Assembly (NCBI GenBank): GCA_951406725.2
Contig: OX597824.1
Span: forward strand, 58,590,001-58,654,000
DNA length: 64,000 bases
Direction: 5' to 3'
DNA from: Octopus vulgaris
Lineage: Eukaryota
The notes below the pieces were generated by a model. It searched no databases and was not told the origin of the DNA. It saw only the letters and a program-made list of their open reading frames with translations. Positions 1 through 15,044 of the stretch are shown in pieces (the stretch's first letter is position 1; every line of letters starts with the position of its first letter). Both the position numbers and the translations under genes were made by a program.

Positions 1-607
1 AATAAATCATATCCTCTTTGGCTACCTAGTCCTGGCTAAGAAGGAATATATTTACAGACCCATATAAACTGGAAGCTATGCCAGCACTATGAAACAACAA
101 CAGAAGAAAGATGGTATAGGCACACGACAGAAAATGAGAAAGAAACCATACTCCTAGTATATGCCAATACACACAAATAGGGAAATCAAGGCCAATAGGC
201 CGGATATAGTTGTCAGAGATCACCAAGAAAAAAATGCTTTCTAATCGATGTATCAATACCAACAGATGACAACATTTCTCTAAAAGAAACGGAGAAACTT
301 TCAAAATACAAAGATCTAGGAATAGAGATAACTTGAATGTGGAGTCTAAAAACAGAAACAAATCCTATCATAGTAGCCATTAGGTATGATAAAAAATATT
401 CAGACAAATACATAGCAAAAACACCAGAACTAACGAGTATATATAACACACAGAAAATAGCACTACTAGGTACTGAACACATCCTACGTAAAATACTTTC
501 AATACAGTAAAAATAAGAGCATCACAACAAACTACAGCACGTACCCAATGCACACAGAGCTGTGCTCTGTAGTGCAGTGAAAACACGTGATAAAAACAAG
601 ACTACTA

Positions 608-608
<1 letters not shown>
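1..608 (+). mobile_element. Decayed 3' fragment of an R4/Dong-like RLE non-LTR retrotransposon with an (AAT)n/(AAC)n tail
   Basis: Nucleotide homolog of the 3' part of the 61425-63182 element. It encodes remnants of KANRPDIVVRD..KCFLIDVSIPTDDNISLKETEKLSKYKDL..QKIALLGTEHILRK, has the same 3' UTR, and is followed by AAT repeats from about 609. Frameshifts and internal deletions are present. Confidence 0.9.
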
Positions 609-679
<71 letters not shown>

Positions 680-704
680 AATAAATTAAAATAATAATGA
701 TGAT

Positions 705-1262
705 AATGCTCTGATGCAGTACCAGACAGTGGCTCTCATGGCTTCTGATTTTAAATGATTGGAAGTATTATCATGTACATTCTTTCGTCTTGGTATAAAA
801 GATGGGCTACAGCAAATATTCTGCTCAATACCACAGATTTGCTTGTAAGTTGTTTGCCCTTAACCAGTTGACCATGTCCCTTAGTGGCTGAGGATATGTG
901 CAACTCTGACCACGAGCAGAAGTAATGGGAGAGCACCATAGCGGTGTGTTGAAAGGAATTCTTAGAGGTTTGGATTATTCACCTTTGGAAACATGGGTGG
1001 TTTGTTCAACATCCTTAAACAATCTTTATTCAGGGACCTTTTGAGGAGAATGGGCTACTCGACCAGAAGAAAATTCTTACTGGGCCCCACCTGCAAGGTC
1101 ATGCGCTGTTTATCTTGCTATGAAATCACTATGTCACGCACATATGGTTGTGATGCATGTGCCTGGTGTACCCTTATCAGACAGGTAGTCATAATGGGTA
1201 AACTGGGCTTCGTATATTTTACCGCAGTGTCACTTTGATGGCATGCACCGCTCTCTCACTCA
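705..1262 (+). mobile_element. Non-coding interspersed repeat with an AAT tail (family C)
   Basis: Reverse-complement copies occur at about 35425-35900 and 36385-36800. The 3' end is ...gcaccgctctctcactc followed by (AAT)n, and the copy lies within AAT-type repeats. Confidence 0.75.
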
Positions 1263-1282
1263 ATAATAATGTTAATGATAAT

Positions 1283-1496
1283 AATCCTTTTTACTTTCGG
1301 CACAAGGCCTGATTCGAGGTGGGGTATAGTCAATTACATCGACACCAGTACTGAACTGGTATTAATTTTATCGACTCCAAAAGGATGAAAGGCAAAGTCG
1401 ACCTCAGCGGAATTTGAATTCAGAACGTAGAGACCAACGAAATGTCGCTAAGCATTTTGCCCGGTGTGCTAACTATTCAGTCAGCTCACCACCTTT
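1283..1496 (-). mobile_element. tRNA-like SINE, family B (core GACTTTGCCTTTCATCC..GGGGTCGATAAAAT.AGTACCAG)
   Basis: On the minus strand it begins aaggtggtgagctg..gaatagttagcacaccgggc (A-box-like) and carries gttcaaattcc (B-box-like). Many copies occur in the window. Confidence 0.85.
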
Positions 1497-1948
1497 ATAA
1501 CAACAATAACAACAACAACTACACTGTGACAATGAACTTTCTGTTTTTACGTTTACAGCGCTGTAAACGTAAACCCGAAAGCGCAGCCCTAGCTCTAAGT
1601 TGTTCGGCTTATCATTAAATCCGTACCCAATAAATTCATAGTCCATTGTCATTTTCTCTTTCCCTAATTCTCGACATTGGAGTTGTGGTCATGCTGGAAT
1701 ATTACCTTCTAGGAGATATTTTATTACATTGACACCAGTATGTTTTTTATCGATAGTCACTTAATCATAATGGATGGATGAAAGTTGAAAAATGGACTTG
1801 AATCGTATTTGAACTCAGGACATATAGGGCGCTAACCGAATGTTGAAATTAATGTTGTTGACGTTCTATCGACAGTGCCATTTTCCCCGCAAGTACGATA
1901 TACATGTATATACACAGACACACGGACACAGACACACACACACACGCT

Positions 1949-2020
<72 letters not shown>

Positions 2021-4089
2021 TGTATGTATGTATACGTTTGTACACACCTACATACGTAATGTGTATGTATGTGTGTGTGTACTCCTATGTGATGACAGAT
2101 TCTAGGTGAAGCAGAAGAGAAGGAAAGAACAGACTTAAAGCAAACAAACAACAACAACGATACATGTGTGACTAATGTAGGGGTGGCGGGAAGAGAAGGA
2201 GTCTGTGTTTATGTTTATTTATTTAGTTTTTGGTAAACATTCCACATTTATTGGTTGTGGAACCAGTTTTAGGGGCTGACGGAAGAAATAAAGGAAATTC
2301 TGCTAAGACTTAAAAATAAAATATAAAGAAAATCTTTATTTCAAAGCTTAGGTAAAAAGTATATACAAGAGATTTCCGCTTGTTGTTGTTGTCTCTTTAG
2401 TTGTTGCTGCTGCTGTGGTTGATGATGTTGTGGTGGAAGTGGAGAGAGATAGATGTTTTAAATATTTTTAATGCTGTTTTGTTTTTTCGCATTGTTATTA
2501 TTGCTGTTAATGCTTAACTCCGAGAAAACCTGATTAAGCAGAGCTGTTTTCGAAAGCATTCAAGTTGTGACCACCACATCTCTTAGCAATAACTAAGACT
2601 TCATTGTCTAATCTGTACTTCTTTTATTAGACAGTTTGGTGGTAATCTACGTAGATTGGGCATCTAATTCAAGCAGATCGCATGGCCATGGAGAGGCTCA
2701 GTGAAAAAAAAAAAATCTGCGTGGGTCACCTCACCAATTGCTAATCCTATATTCTTCTTTTGGTTCTCAATGCCAATTTCTTCTGCTCTAAATGCAGGTT
2801 AATAAACCCCTCTGAAAGTAAGTTAAGACAAGTTAGCATTCTTGATAAAAGCAACTTTAAAATTGGCGTATTATAAACCATGTCTAATAGAGCTGAAGAG
2901 CCACTATCATTTGTCGCTTTCATTGTAAAAGAAAAGTACCATCTTATACAACAGATTCAGTTATAGTGGGCTTTTATTTATCTCTAAATCACTTTTCTAA
3001 AAGCTGTGAACTACTACCGTTAACGATTTAATGACATTGACGGTAATGAACACTAGAAAGTTGTTTTTATACCATCTCGATTCCTACTTGGTTAAAAGGG
3101 AACTGGCCATTATGTTCTAGTTTCATGCGGGCAGATATGACGAAACAAGTCTTTCCGTTATAACTGCCTTAGGAAGCATATCTATCATAGTTGGGGACTC
3201 TACTGACTAATGGATACGCAATCATTTACTATATATGAGGATAAGAATTAATCTTCTTTTCTATAATGTTAAAGCTGCCTTCAGCTCCAACAACTGCTCC
3301 TATAGGTGATCTAAATCATCTACATGCTCGACTTAAGTGGTCCTGGACATTATTCTAACTATGCCAGCTTTCAAAGAATCTTTGGTGTTATAGGCGTGTT
3401 CATTGATCTCTCTCTCTTTCAACAACGCTCCACGTAATAGTCCAATGCCCTGGATTGATTTCGAGTAGTAATAGGAATATCCTAGACGCTTTAGCCACAA
3501 AATTGCATTTAAATACAAGTAAAAACTACAAAAGAAGCCAAAGCAAGCAACCATACATATATACCGATCTCTTCGCAGCCATGTTTAGGAAATTCATGAG
3601 ATCATTAAATGTGTTGCCGGATATTGTACGAGGGGATAGCAAGAAACAGCTTTAGCAAGGAGCTGGTATACAAGAGGCACTTATTCCTATTCCATATCAT
3701 AATCATGAATTGGTAGGTTATCTGGTTTAGTTCCCCGTAGAACATGACGATAGTTACCGGTATAATTAGGAAGTTTATAAGACAGTTCCCACCAACGCAC
3801 AGATACAAGAAACTGTGAGTACTGTTTGTGTCTAGATACCATTATTTACCTGGTCCCACACCACAATCGAAAATGTATGTTTAGTGCATTCCTTCACCCC
3901 AATAACCAATTTATAGCTGTTGCTCCTGTTTTCTCATGTTGAAGTTAAGCCCACTTCTGACCTTAGATTGAAATCTTCTACGTTCCCCGTGCAAACTATT
4001 ATCCATTAATATATTATATCTCGTTCGGTAGGGATTTTACCTGGTTCACGCTTTCGACATACTCCTACATACTGAACCGTCTGAAATCG

Positions 4090-5376
<1,287 letters not shown>

Positions 5377-6689
5377 GACGATAAAATCATTTTCTCCATC
5401 ATTTATATATTTATCTATCTATCTACCTATCTATCCTTCTATCTCTCTATCTATCTATCTCCCTATATATGACGGAACGCACGTATCCATTTCTAAGTAA
5501 GTTTGTTCTTAATATTAATAATGATGCGCACTCTTAACCTTTCTGTCCCCCTCCCTTTCTCAGCCTTCATTCTTTCTGGTTTCCTTTACTTCTACCTTGC
5601 TGTCTCTCCCTCTCTCTCTCTATCATTCTTCATTCTTTCTGGTTTTCTCTACAACCATTCCCTTTTTTCTCTCCCCTTCTCTTACTCCTCCTCTTCTGTC
5701 CCGTCGCTGACCAGTGATGAGAAAACTACTGTCTTTCTGACCTCGCTTCCTTCGAGTGTAGACGGCTTTCTTGTGTCTCTCCCTCGCCGTTCTCAAAAAG
5801 CCTTCATAATAATTTCTCTCGTTTGGTTTAACAGCCCTCAATGTCTGTGTTCCTGTTGTTCTCCTTGTCCCGCCTTTTTACAGTTTATATTTTGTACTGT
5901 CTTTACTGTCCTGTTTTTGTTACCATTTTTACCCCTCCGCAAAAAATCTCAAATTTTATTTAATTTGCCTTTTGCGGGAAGGAATGTTTCAATGAAGTTG
6001 TGTCTCGCCTTGACCTTCTTAACGTGTGTGTCTTTCAACTACCAACACCACCACCGCTTGACAACCGGTGTTGGTGAGTTTATTTTCCCGTAACTTAACG
6101 ATTTAGCAAGAGACCAATAGATTAAGTATCAGACTTAAAAACTATGTACTGGGTCTATTTGTACGATTAAAATTTTTCACCGTGGTGCTCCAGCATGGCT
6201 GCAGTCTAATTACTGAAACAAGTAAAGCTAGAAGATATCATGAAATAAATTTAAATTAACAATCAATACTGATATGTATTCATATTACATGATTGACTGT
6301 TGTGTGTTTATACATACACTCATATACACACATTTGTAGATAGATATATACAAATAGATGTGCATAATTATAATATGCATATGTATATATATGTATGTAT
6401 GTACGTATGTATGGATGTATATATATATGTGTGTGTGTTTGTGTGTATGTATGTATGAATATATATTTGTGTGTTTGTATGTATTTCTATATGTATGCAT
6501 ACACATTTGTATGCGTATGCCGTTTTATTACGCCATACTGATAAGGTACAAGATACAGAAATAATGGGTTGTTTAATTTTTTGACTTGGTTAGAACAAGG
6601 GATGCAAAAACAAAAAGGAAAAACAAACTAATTCTTATATTTTCCCTCCCACTAAAACAAAAACCAAAAAAATGTGCGAAGCAGTGATC

Positions 6690-7604
6690 GCTACCCATTT
6701 ATAGAAAAGTTTAATTGTAACGTCGTATTTTACATAGAGGCTTTAAACAGAAGCGGTGTCTCCGATAGCATCGAGTTCATACCATCACATAGAACTGCTA
6801 ATGAAGGAAAATTATATGTTATAATGCACTTTTTTTGCTTCAATGTCAGGTCAAATATTTCGCCATCCTTTCTAAATTTTTTAGTAATGTCTTCTCAACT
6901 AGATTCTATCAAATTTTTGATATGGATAATTATGGATAATTTTGCCTTTCAATAGCTTTGATTAACAAGAACTAAATTCCCTCCGCTATACAGATAGTTC
7001 TCTACCTCAACGCAATTAGTTTAACAGAAGTACTTGCCCTCTATAAAGTAAATTATTGTAAGCTGCGTTAATATGCAATAATACAAAACGCTACAGCTGT
7101 ATCTCCGAAAATAATTTTAAAGGCTGATGTACTCAATACAAGTGCATCCATTGCGTATCCAACAAAATTCAGTATCACTACACAACTTCTTCATTTGTTA
7201 AATTCTAAGTTGGAGCTGATTTCTTCATGCCTCCACTAAAGGAAATTCATCCCAGAACCGGTCGATACAGTACATGTTTTAAAAGTAACACAGGAACCAT
7301 TCAAATGGTTTGCCTTTATCTACGGATTTCCAGCGCTACACTACCACGCCACCTTTACCCTTCCCTATCATCTCTTTGCCTTTGGGAGCCTTGCGTTGAC
7401 TATATCCACCAGCCTGTATACATTCTCAACTAACTATACAGTGAACATCACAATAATTATTTTATATCAAATCCCCGTTTCCTTACTGGGTTTTCATACA
7501 TGGTCACTCTTGTACTTCATGTGTTTTTACACTCACTAACACATACACCCATTGTACTTAACATACATACATACATGCATACATACATACATACATGCAT
7601 ACAC

Positions 7605-7664
<60 letters not shown>

Positions 7665-8110
7665 TCATATATACATCTATATCACACCAGTGCTCATTAT
7701 GCTTTAGGAACAACAATCTGTGCACGGCACCTAATCATCTCTTTTCCCCTCATCTCCTATTTGCTTTATGCATCTACTTTCTCACATTTAAATATCTTTA
7801 TTCGACACGCAAAAACATACCTCCCATGCGTTACCTAGGTATTTACAGGTAACCGAACTTCTACCTTATCACTGTCGATGTCGACAGAAAACCATATTTT
7901 ATTTTACATTTTATGTAATGTCTTCATTTATATGTGTATGAGTGCTTATATTCTAGTACATATGTGTATACATACATAACTGTATTATACCCGACGAAGT
8001 TTTCAAAGTACACTAAACGAAAGAAGTCAAACATAATTCGATGGTTAACAGCAGTAGTTTGTATATTTGTTGTAATTTTAAACATCTAAATAAATTTAAG
8101 TTCTAAATAT
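6690..8110 (+). mobile_element. Decayed Penelope-like element 3' half (linker, GIY-YIG remnant, 3' UTR)
   Basis: FYIEALNRSG..FFCFNVRSNISPSFLNFL in ORF 6674-6955, TCPL..TKRYSCISENNFKG at about 7030-7125, and LLNSKLELISSCLH*RKF at about 7195-7250. A decayed HHR-like motif lies at about 7986-8046. Confidence 0.6.
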
Positions 8111-8283
8111 TTGTTTTTATTCACATATATTTATTACCTCCAAAATTACTTAAGTGTTTCAAGTGCCGACAGTTTCGTGCATGGCATATACATATATTCA
8201 TACATATATACAATACATACACACACAAACACAGCCCGCTGATATATATATACATACATGCGTACATACACATACACGCATGG

Positions 8284-8340
<57 letters not shown>

Positions 8341-8353
8341 AACACAAACACAA

Positions 8354-9092
8354 ACAGGGTGTGATGAATGTATTGTCGTGTAAATTGCGCAAAAATGAAA
8401 ATAACACTAGCATCTCATTTTAACGTTTGCCAAAATATTTTGAAATACTAAAGAGGAAATGTATTCAATAAAATCGCCGTTGGCTTCAACTACGGCCTCC
8501 GGGTGACTACGAAATCTCCTGCAACTCTTCTGGACGGTCACTTTGTTTAAGTTGGTGAATGCGGGCATAATCCTTGCCTTAAGTTCATCTTTCTTGATAC
8601 AAGGAGTTTTGTTGGTTCTCCTGCTTGTGTGGTATTGTGCAGAGTCTTGTTGCCAAACATAGGGCCTTCCAGCAGCCACTGTCTTGACCTAAGGTAGTCC
8701 TATCTACTCCAGGTACTTGATGTAGGCTTCCGTGTTGAATGTTTGGGAGATGAATGGAGGTATAATGTCGCTGTCACTGGTGATCACTACAAACACCATG
8801 ACGTTGGCTGGGTGGTTGATTTTTATTACTTTTGGTACATGTCCTCAGACTGCACTTTCCTCAGACTGACACCAACATTCTGAAATATTCACATCGGAGC
8901 TTCCGGTGCGAATGCAAAGTAGTACAGCGTGTCGTTTCCAAATTTCTGGCAGAGTGAATTGCAACATTGTGCTGTTTTTCTCACAGACGGTCCCCAGCGG
9001 ACCCTCCTATAATATGTAGTCGACAAAATCAGAACTAAATAATGCGCATACGCGAAATTAGAAATATAAAATGGTGACAATTTACCTATGTA
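8354..9092 (-). mobile_element. Internally deleted Tc1/mariner-superfamily (maT/DD37D-like) transposon relic
   Basis: AAGRPYVWQQDSAQYHTSRR..DELKARIMPAFTNLNK..CRRFRSHPEAVVEANGDFIE. The end begins acagggtg, and the sequence is homologous to 54015-54913. Confidence 0.85.
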
Positions 9093-9357
9093 TGAGGAAT
9101 TTCAACCGTGTTTCATGGTCTGCTACCACAACAGCTCTTTTATAGAATCCAGTTAGCTCAAGACATCATCAGGAGGAACCACGCCCGGTTTCGGCTCCTA
9201 CTCCTCTACCGTTTTGACTTGGCGGGGCCCCCTACTTTCGGAGGTGTCTTCAGCTCTGGTGTTGGGTGCATGTCTTCTTTCTTCTGTTCCCTGGCCTCTT
9301 CAATGTAGCATCAACGAGTGTCAGCGGGCGACTGACTGTTTTATACACACACACACA

Positions 9358-9415
<58 letters not shown>

Positions 9416-10074
9416 CACATGTATGTGTGTATGTGTGTGTGAATATTTTGATTACTCACTCATGTTTCGTCTTTGTAGCCTCCCAAACTAATAAGGTGAA
9501 AGATTCAAATGCATAGATATACAGAAATATAAATATACACAAATGTGCATATTGAATAGATTCTCCTTGCTTAGTAAAAGTATGTTTGTAATTGTTTCTA
9601 TAGAAATCGTTGTGTATGAACTGTTACGTACCTGGCTATTATTGTTCAACTACGCCCTCATTACACACAAATACTAGACTGTTAAGAGAATACCCACATG
9701 CAAAACACATTTCGACTCCTAATTGCTTGTTTGTGTTCAAAGATGTACAAAAGAAAAGGCAATAATGAACAACAGAAACCGCTAGTGGATTCCATTAATG
9801 GAACACTAGTGTTGTTTATGTGTGTGTGCGTTTTGCTTGACTTCATTTTCTTATTTATTCCGTTAGTCACGTCAAAGGTATATGAATGTTTCTGTGTATA
9901 CTTGTTCATATATATATGTGTGTATGTGGGTGGGTGGGTGTTGTACAGGCGTGTGTGTGCGTGTTTGTACATACATGCACGCTTGTATATATATACGCAC
10001 ACAGAAATATAAGTATTTACATATACATACATGTGTATATATATACACACATACATGAATAGGTATATATACAA

Positions 10075-10108
<34 letters not shown>

Positions 10109-10725
10109 GCACACATGCACACACACCCACGCACACACACACACGCACACACACTACGCGCGCGCATATATATGTATATAGTAAAATTTCTTTCTGTATT
10201 GTATGGGCAGTACTTTGAAGTGCTCAGATAAAACCTGGAGACGCAAGATATAAAAAATCTTAAGGAGAGTTCAAATAGACTCAACAATTTATATAATCAT
10301 ATAGTGCACCTTGGATCGATGTATATCAGTTTTTAAATATACAAGTATATCAAACATTAAAATATTAAAACATATTAAAGGTCTATAAATACATAAATAT
10401 ATAAAAAATTTATATACATATATAAATAGACGAATGAGATTAAGTTATATATATATATATATATATATCTATATATATAATTACTCAAAGGACATACTAA
10501 GTATGTTTACTTGCTGTAAATAACAGTCAAAATTGATTCTATTATATTTAAATTATTACACTAGATGATAATAAAGTCAATGATATCTTCACAAATTATT
10601 TTTCCGTGAATTATTTACTCCGTATTGGAATTACACATACATACATACATACATACATACATACATACATACATACATACATACATACATACATACATAC
10701 ATACATACATACACACACATACACA

Positions 10726-10830
<105 letters not shown>

Positions 10831-13015
10831 GGGTATATAAGGTATTTGAGGACATACATTTTTGGGGTCATTGCTTCATTTTTTTTTTCACTTTGTATAA
10901 TCTTTGTTTCAGAAAATGATAATGGCAGACCCTCAGATTACTTAAGAAATGAAGAGGCATGCTGTTATTAGGGTTATAAAGGCTGAGAATAGTGATTTAG
11001 AAATATCTCACTGTTTAAAGTTGCCAGGTCTTTCGTTTACAATGTTTGTAGGGGACTAGAGACTGAAGATGGAAATGTATCACCGGTAATAAAGCATAAA
11101 CAGCATTCTAAACACTCTGAAATATTCAGAACATCTGAATTTATCCAGCAAGATGAACAGACCATTGATTACAGTTCCACAAAATCCACGAGGTCAATTG
11201 CAAAAGATCTCTGCTTCTAGATTTAGATCTTATATAGAAGCAGTTGTTAAAGCTTCATTATAGAAAAGACGATTCATTCTTATCATCATAGCATTTTTTG
11301 ATAAATAAAGTTATCTGTTATTATATATGTTTTTTTATAAACATAAATCTGACCTCGAATATCTTAGGCACCCACCCTGTGAGTATGCATTGTATATGTG
11401 TGTATACATATATATGAATATGTATGTATATTTCAATGAAATTCCAAATAATCTGTTTTTCCCATAACTAGTACTTTCATGCGTTACTCAATCACACACA
11501 CATATTCGCACTCGCGCATTTATGCACATTTACAAATGCACACACACTCATACAAACATGTGCGTCTATTTGTTTTAAATTTATGTTAGGTGTGTGACTT
11601 AATTGTTTTACTTGGAAAATGTAGTTGAAATAAATGATGGGCCTTTCATGTTCTTTTATAAGTTGGAAAAAATATATCTATGTTATGAATATGGCTAATT
11701 AAAATGTTAGGGAGTAAGAGACTGAATATAATTTAACTTTATATGGTTAGATAATAAATTATCGCATGTTAAAACAGCGTTTCGTATATAATATATATGG
11801 ATATTAACTAAATTAATATATAATAGTGAAAGTATTATGTGAAATATTATTATTTAGTATTTTTGCAAAATTACAAAACGTACTCTCGATTTCTGTTTTG
11901 TATGTCCATACTGTACTTCACTTCAAATATTTGGACAGTTTTTTTATTTTGAGAGGGTAGGTTGCTGCTCCTTACTCAACTCTTTTCCATTTCTAAGAAT
12001 AGGGATTCAGTGATTGGTATCTCTTAGCCTTTTTCGACGATGCCCCGTAACATATTCTGTTTGTACCTGTTTATAAATTTGGCCGCAGTTCACCTTAGTC
12101 CTTACACTAATATGTTGGACTTCCAATATACCTTAGTACTTTATATCAATTGTGCTTGAAGAACAAAATTAACGATGGAGACACTTAAGCTTGTCACGGT
12201 ATGTATTAATATAAGAGGGCAAAAATCTTAGAAGTGTTTTTATAGGCAAAAAGTAAAAGTTTCTTTTTCATAAACCGAACTAATATCTCTGTATATGAAT
12301 TCTATCCATCATCATATATACCAACTTTCCAATAGACCCAGATGTCTTTCCTCATTATCTTGTTTTTAACATAATGAAATAATATGAAGATATAGTAATT
12401 TATGTTTAAAAATAAAAGATAATTTATAAACAGTTGAAATTGCAGAAGTTTGCCTATATCTGTGATAATAATACCGCAGCTTTTATTAACTCTAGAATTA
12501 TCTTGTCTGGATTCTTGATAGCTTATGATTTATAACTTCAAGTGGGTACATGAAAATAAGGCCAAAGTTAATCAAATGCAACACAACACAAACGCAATAC
12601 GTAATGTTATAAGAATGAAATGTAAAACAAAACAAGCGCATACAAATATCCTTCTCATATAAATATCGGTTTTCTTTAAGTAACGAACATAAGGGCTAGA
12701 AAATTAATATTAGTAGAGTGATGGCACACTTGAAGTTTATTATTAAATTCTTTCAAGTGTTCGTATCTAAGCCTAAACACCACTTAAACACTTTGGAAAC
12801 TTGATTTCTGTGGTATTTAATATCACTTATGTTCTTTTTTCTAATATATAATGGTGAATTTGACACGAGTCTCCTAATTTACATCTGCATCACATATTTT
12901 ATTAGACTCACTGGGAAGTAGTTGGAAACATTTATCACGTGATTTAATAAAGTATTTAATGATATCATTAACATATGTCGAATGTGGCGAAGGAACAGTT
13001 GTGTTTTTTTTGTTT

Positions 13016-13049
<34 letters not shown>

Positions 13050-13274
13050 TTAACTTGTTTCAGTCTTTCGACATAGGCCATGCTGGGGCATCAGCCTCAA
13101 GAATATTAGTTTAATGAATCGGCCCCAATACTTTTTCATTTTGAGCCAGGTACTTATTCTATTGGTCTCTTTTGTCAAACCACTAAGGTACGGGGAAGTA
13201 AACACACTAATACCGGTTGTCAAGGGGACACAAAGACACCCACCTTCAACACAACCTACACACACGCACATATG

Positions 13275-13343
<69 letters not shown>

Positions 13344-13359
13344 AAATTGTTATTTTTTA

Positions 13360-13700
13360 ATCTCATAGTTGCTTCAATCATTTGACTGCGGCCATGCTGG
13401 AACACCGCCTAAGGTCGAACAAATAGACCCCAGGACTTATTCTTTGTAACCTTAGTACTTATTCTATCGATCTCTTTTGCCGAACCTCTAAATTACGGGG
13501 ACATAAACACACCAACATCGGTTTTCAAGCGATGGTTGAGGACAAACACAGACACATACACAAATATATACCACAGGCTTCTTTCAGTTCCGTCTACCAA
13601 ATCCGCTCAGAAGGCTTTGGTCGGCCCGAGGCTAAAGTAGAAGATGCATGCACGAGGTGCCACACAGTGGGACTACTTGGGAAGCAAGCCTCTTACTGCA
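13360..13700 (-). mobile_element. tRNA-like SINE, family A (partial)
   Basis: Homologous to 21488-21903 and 48806-49200. Confidence 0.85.
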
Positions 13701-13734
13701 TATATATATATATATATATATATATGCTGGACTT

Positions 13735-14940
13735 CCCTACTGAGGTCACCGCTGAATCTGCAAGCTTTTCCTGAAGGAGGCACTCCAAATATTAAAGCAC
13801 AACTCTCCAACACCTACTTAATAAACATAACGAGGCAATAAGCACATGCAACCACCGCTTTTATCACACATTTAAATTCTACCACACATCCAAATGCCAG
13901 AATGACCATACAGTACATTTCCGCAATACTCCATAGGCAATCCCTTTAACCTATAAATTTACACTGTAGCTCATAACCCCTATCTAGTTTCTCACATATA
14001 CAACCATCTGATTATATTCGTATGTATGTGCAAATACCCATGCGCGCGTATATATATACGAGTGAGGGTATGCGTATATGCATGCATGTGGGTATATGTA
14101 AACATATGTATACATGCAAGGTATAATATACCTGCATATGCATGGGCGATGATACACGCAGATGAGCGTATAAGTGAGCGTGTATGAGGGCATACGCATG
14201 CGAATAAGGATTGTATATGTAATTTATTTGATATATACATGTATATACATCTTCACATATATATTTTCTCAGATTACTAAGCACTGAACTGCTATTTCCT
14301 TAATTCTTCATATCTTTTCCCCACAATTAGATTCTACTACTACACATTGGTCTTTCCTTTACCTCTTAACCACCCCCGTTCCTCTATCGTTTACACTATA
14401 ATACCTTTCTCTCTATCCCCACTCTGACTTTCAAATTATCTCCACTGACCGCTGACTGATCTATATCTTAATTTTTCTTTTTTCTTTATTCTTTATTCCT
14501 ATCATCAGGGTTTTTATTCTTTATTTTTTTATTTGTTATTTTTTGGTCTTTTGTTATTTTTACTAATCTTCTCTCTCCTTTCTCTTTCATTCTTTCTTTC
14601 TATCCTCTTTTTTCTCTTCCTTTTTTTTCTTTCACTTTATTTCATTCCAGTTTTCAATTTAACCATACTAATACACTCCCTATTTCTAGGTCATTTTAAA
14701 TACAAACCTTTGACTCTGCAACACTGCATATAAATTTCCTACCGGGAATGACCAAGTTTAAAAATCTGCTGGATCTCACTCATAAGGGAATCTTACATTG
14801 CTTGTAAACACTATATTTGGAAGGACTCATATTAAACTCTGTTGGATTTGTGGATTTTACTCAAAGGATATTGGAATATTGCATATAAACCATTATGCCT
14901 ATAAAACGGATTTACAACTTCAATACCCATACATATCTTA
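13735..14940 (+). mobile_element. 5'-truncated Penelope-like element remnant (extreme C-terminus plus long 3' UTR)
   Basis: R*ICKLFLKEALQILKHN, then after a frameshift LNKHNEAISTCNHRFYHTFKF at about 13750-13880. It starts right after a (TA)n tract. The 3' boundary is approximate. Confidence 0.55.
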
Positions 14941-15044
14941 TATCTATTTTCAAGGCGGCGATCTGGCAGAAACGTTAGCACGTCGGGCGAAATCCGTAGC
15001 CGTATTTCGTCTGCCGTTAAGTGTTCTGGGTTCAAATTCCGCCG

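Noticed and set aside
5503-6093. 196-aa hydrophobic ORF that could pass as a membrane protein
   Set aside because: It comes from a CT-rich low-complexity tract running into a SINE tail, with no recognisable domain.
10870-13010. Repeat-poor AT-rich stretch (also 40800-41850 and 45950-47480) examined for host exons
   Set aside because: I found no ORF or splice-bounded coding segment I can support. Small exons cannot be excluded without RNA-seq.
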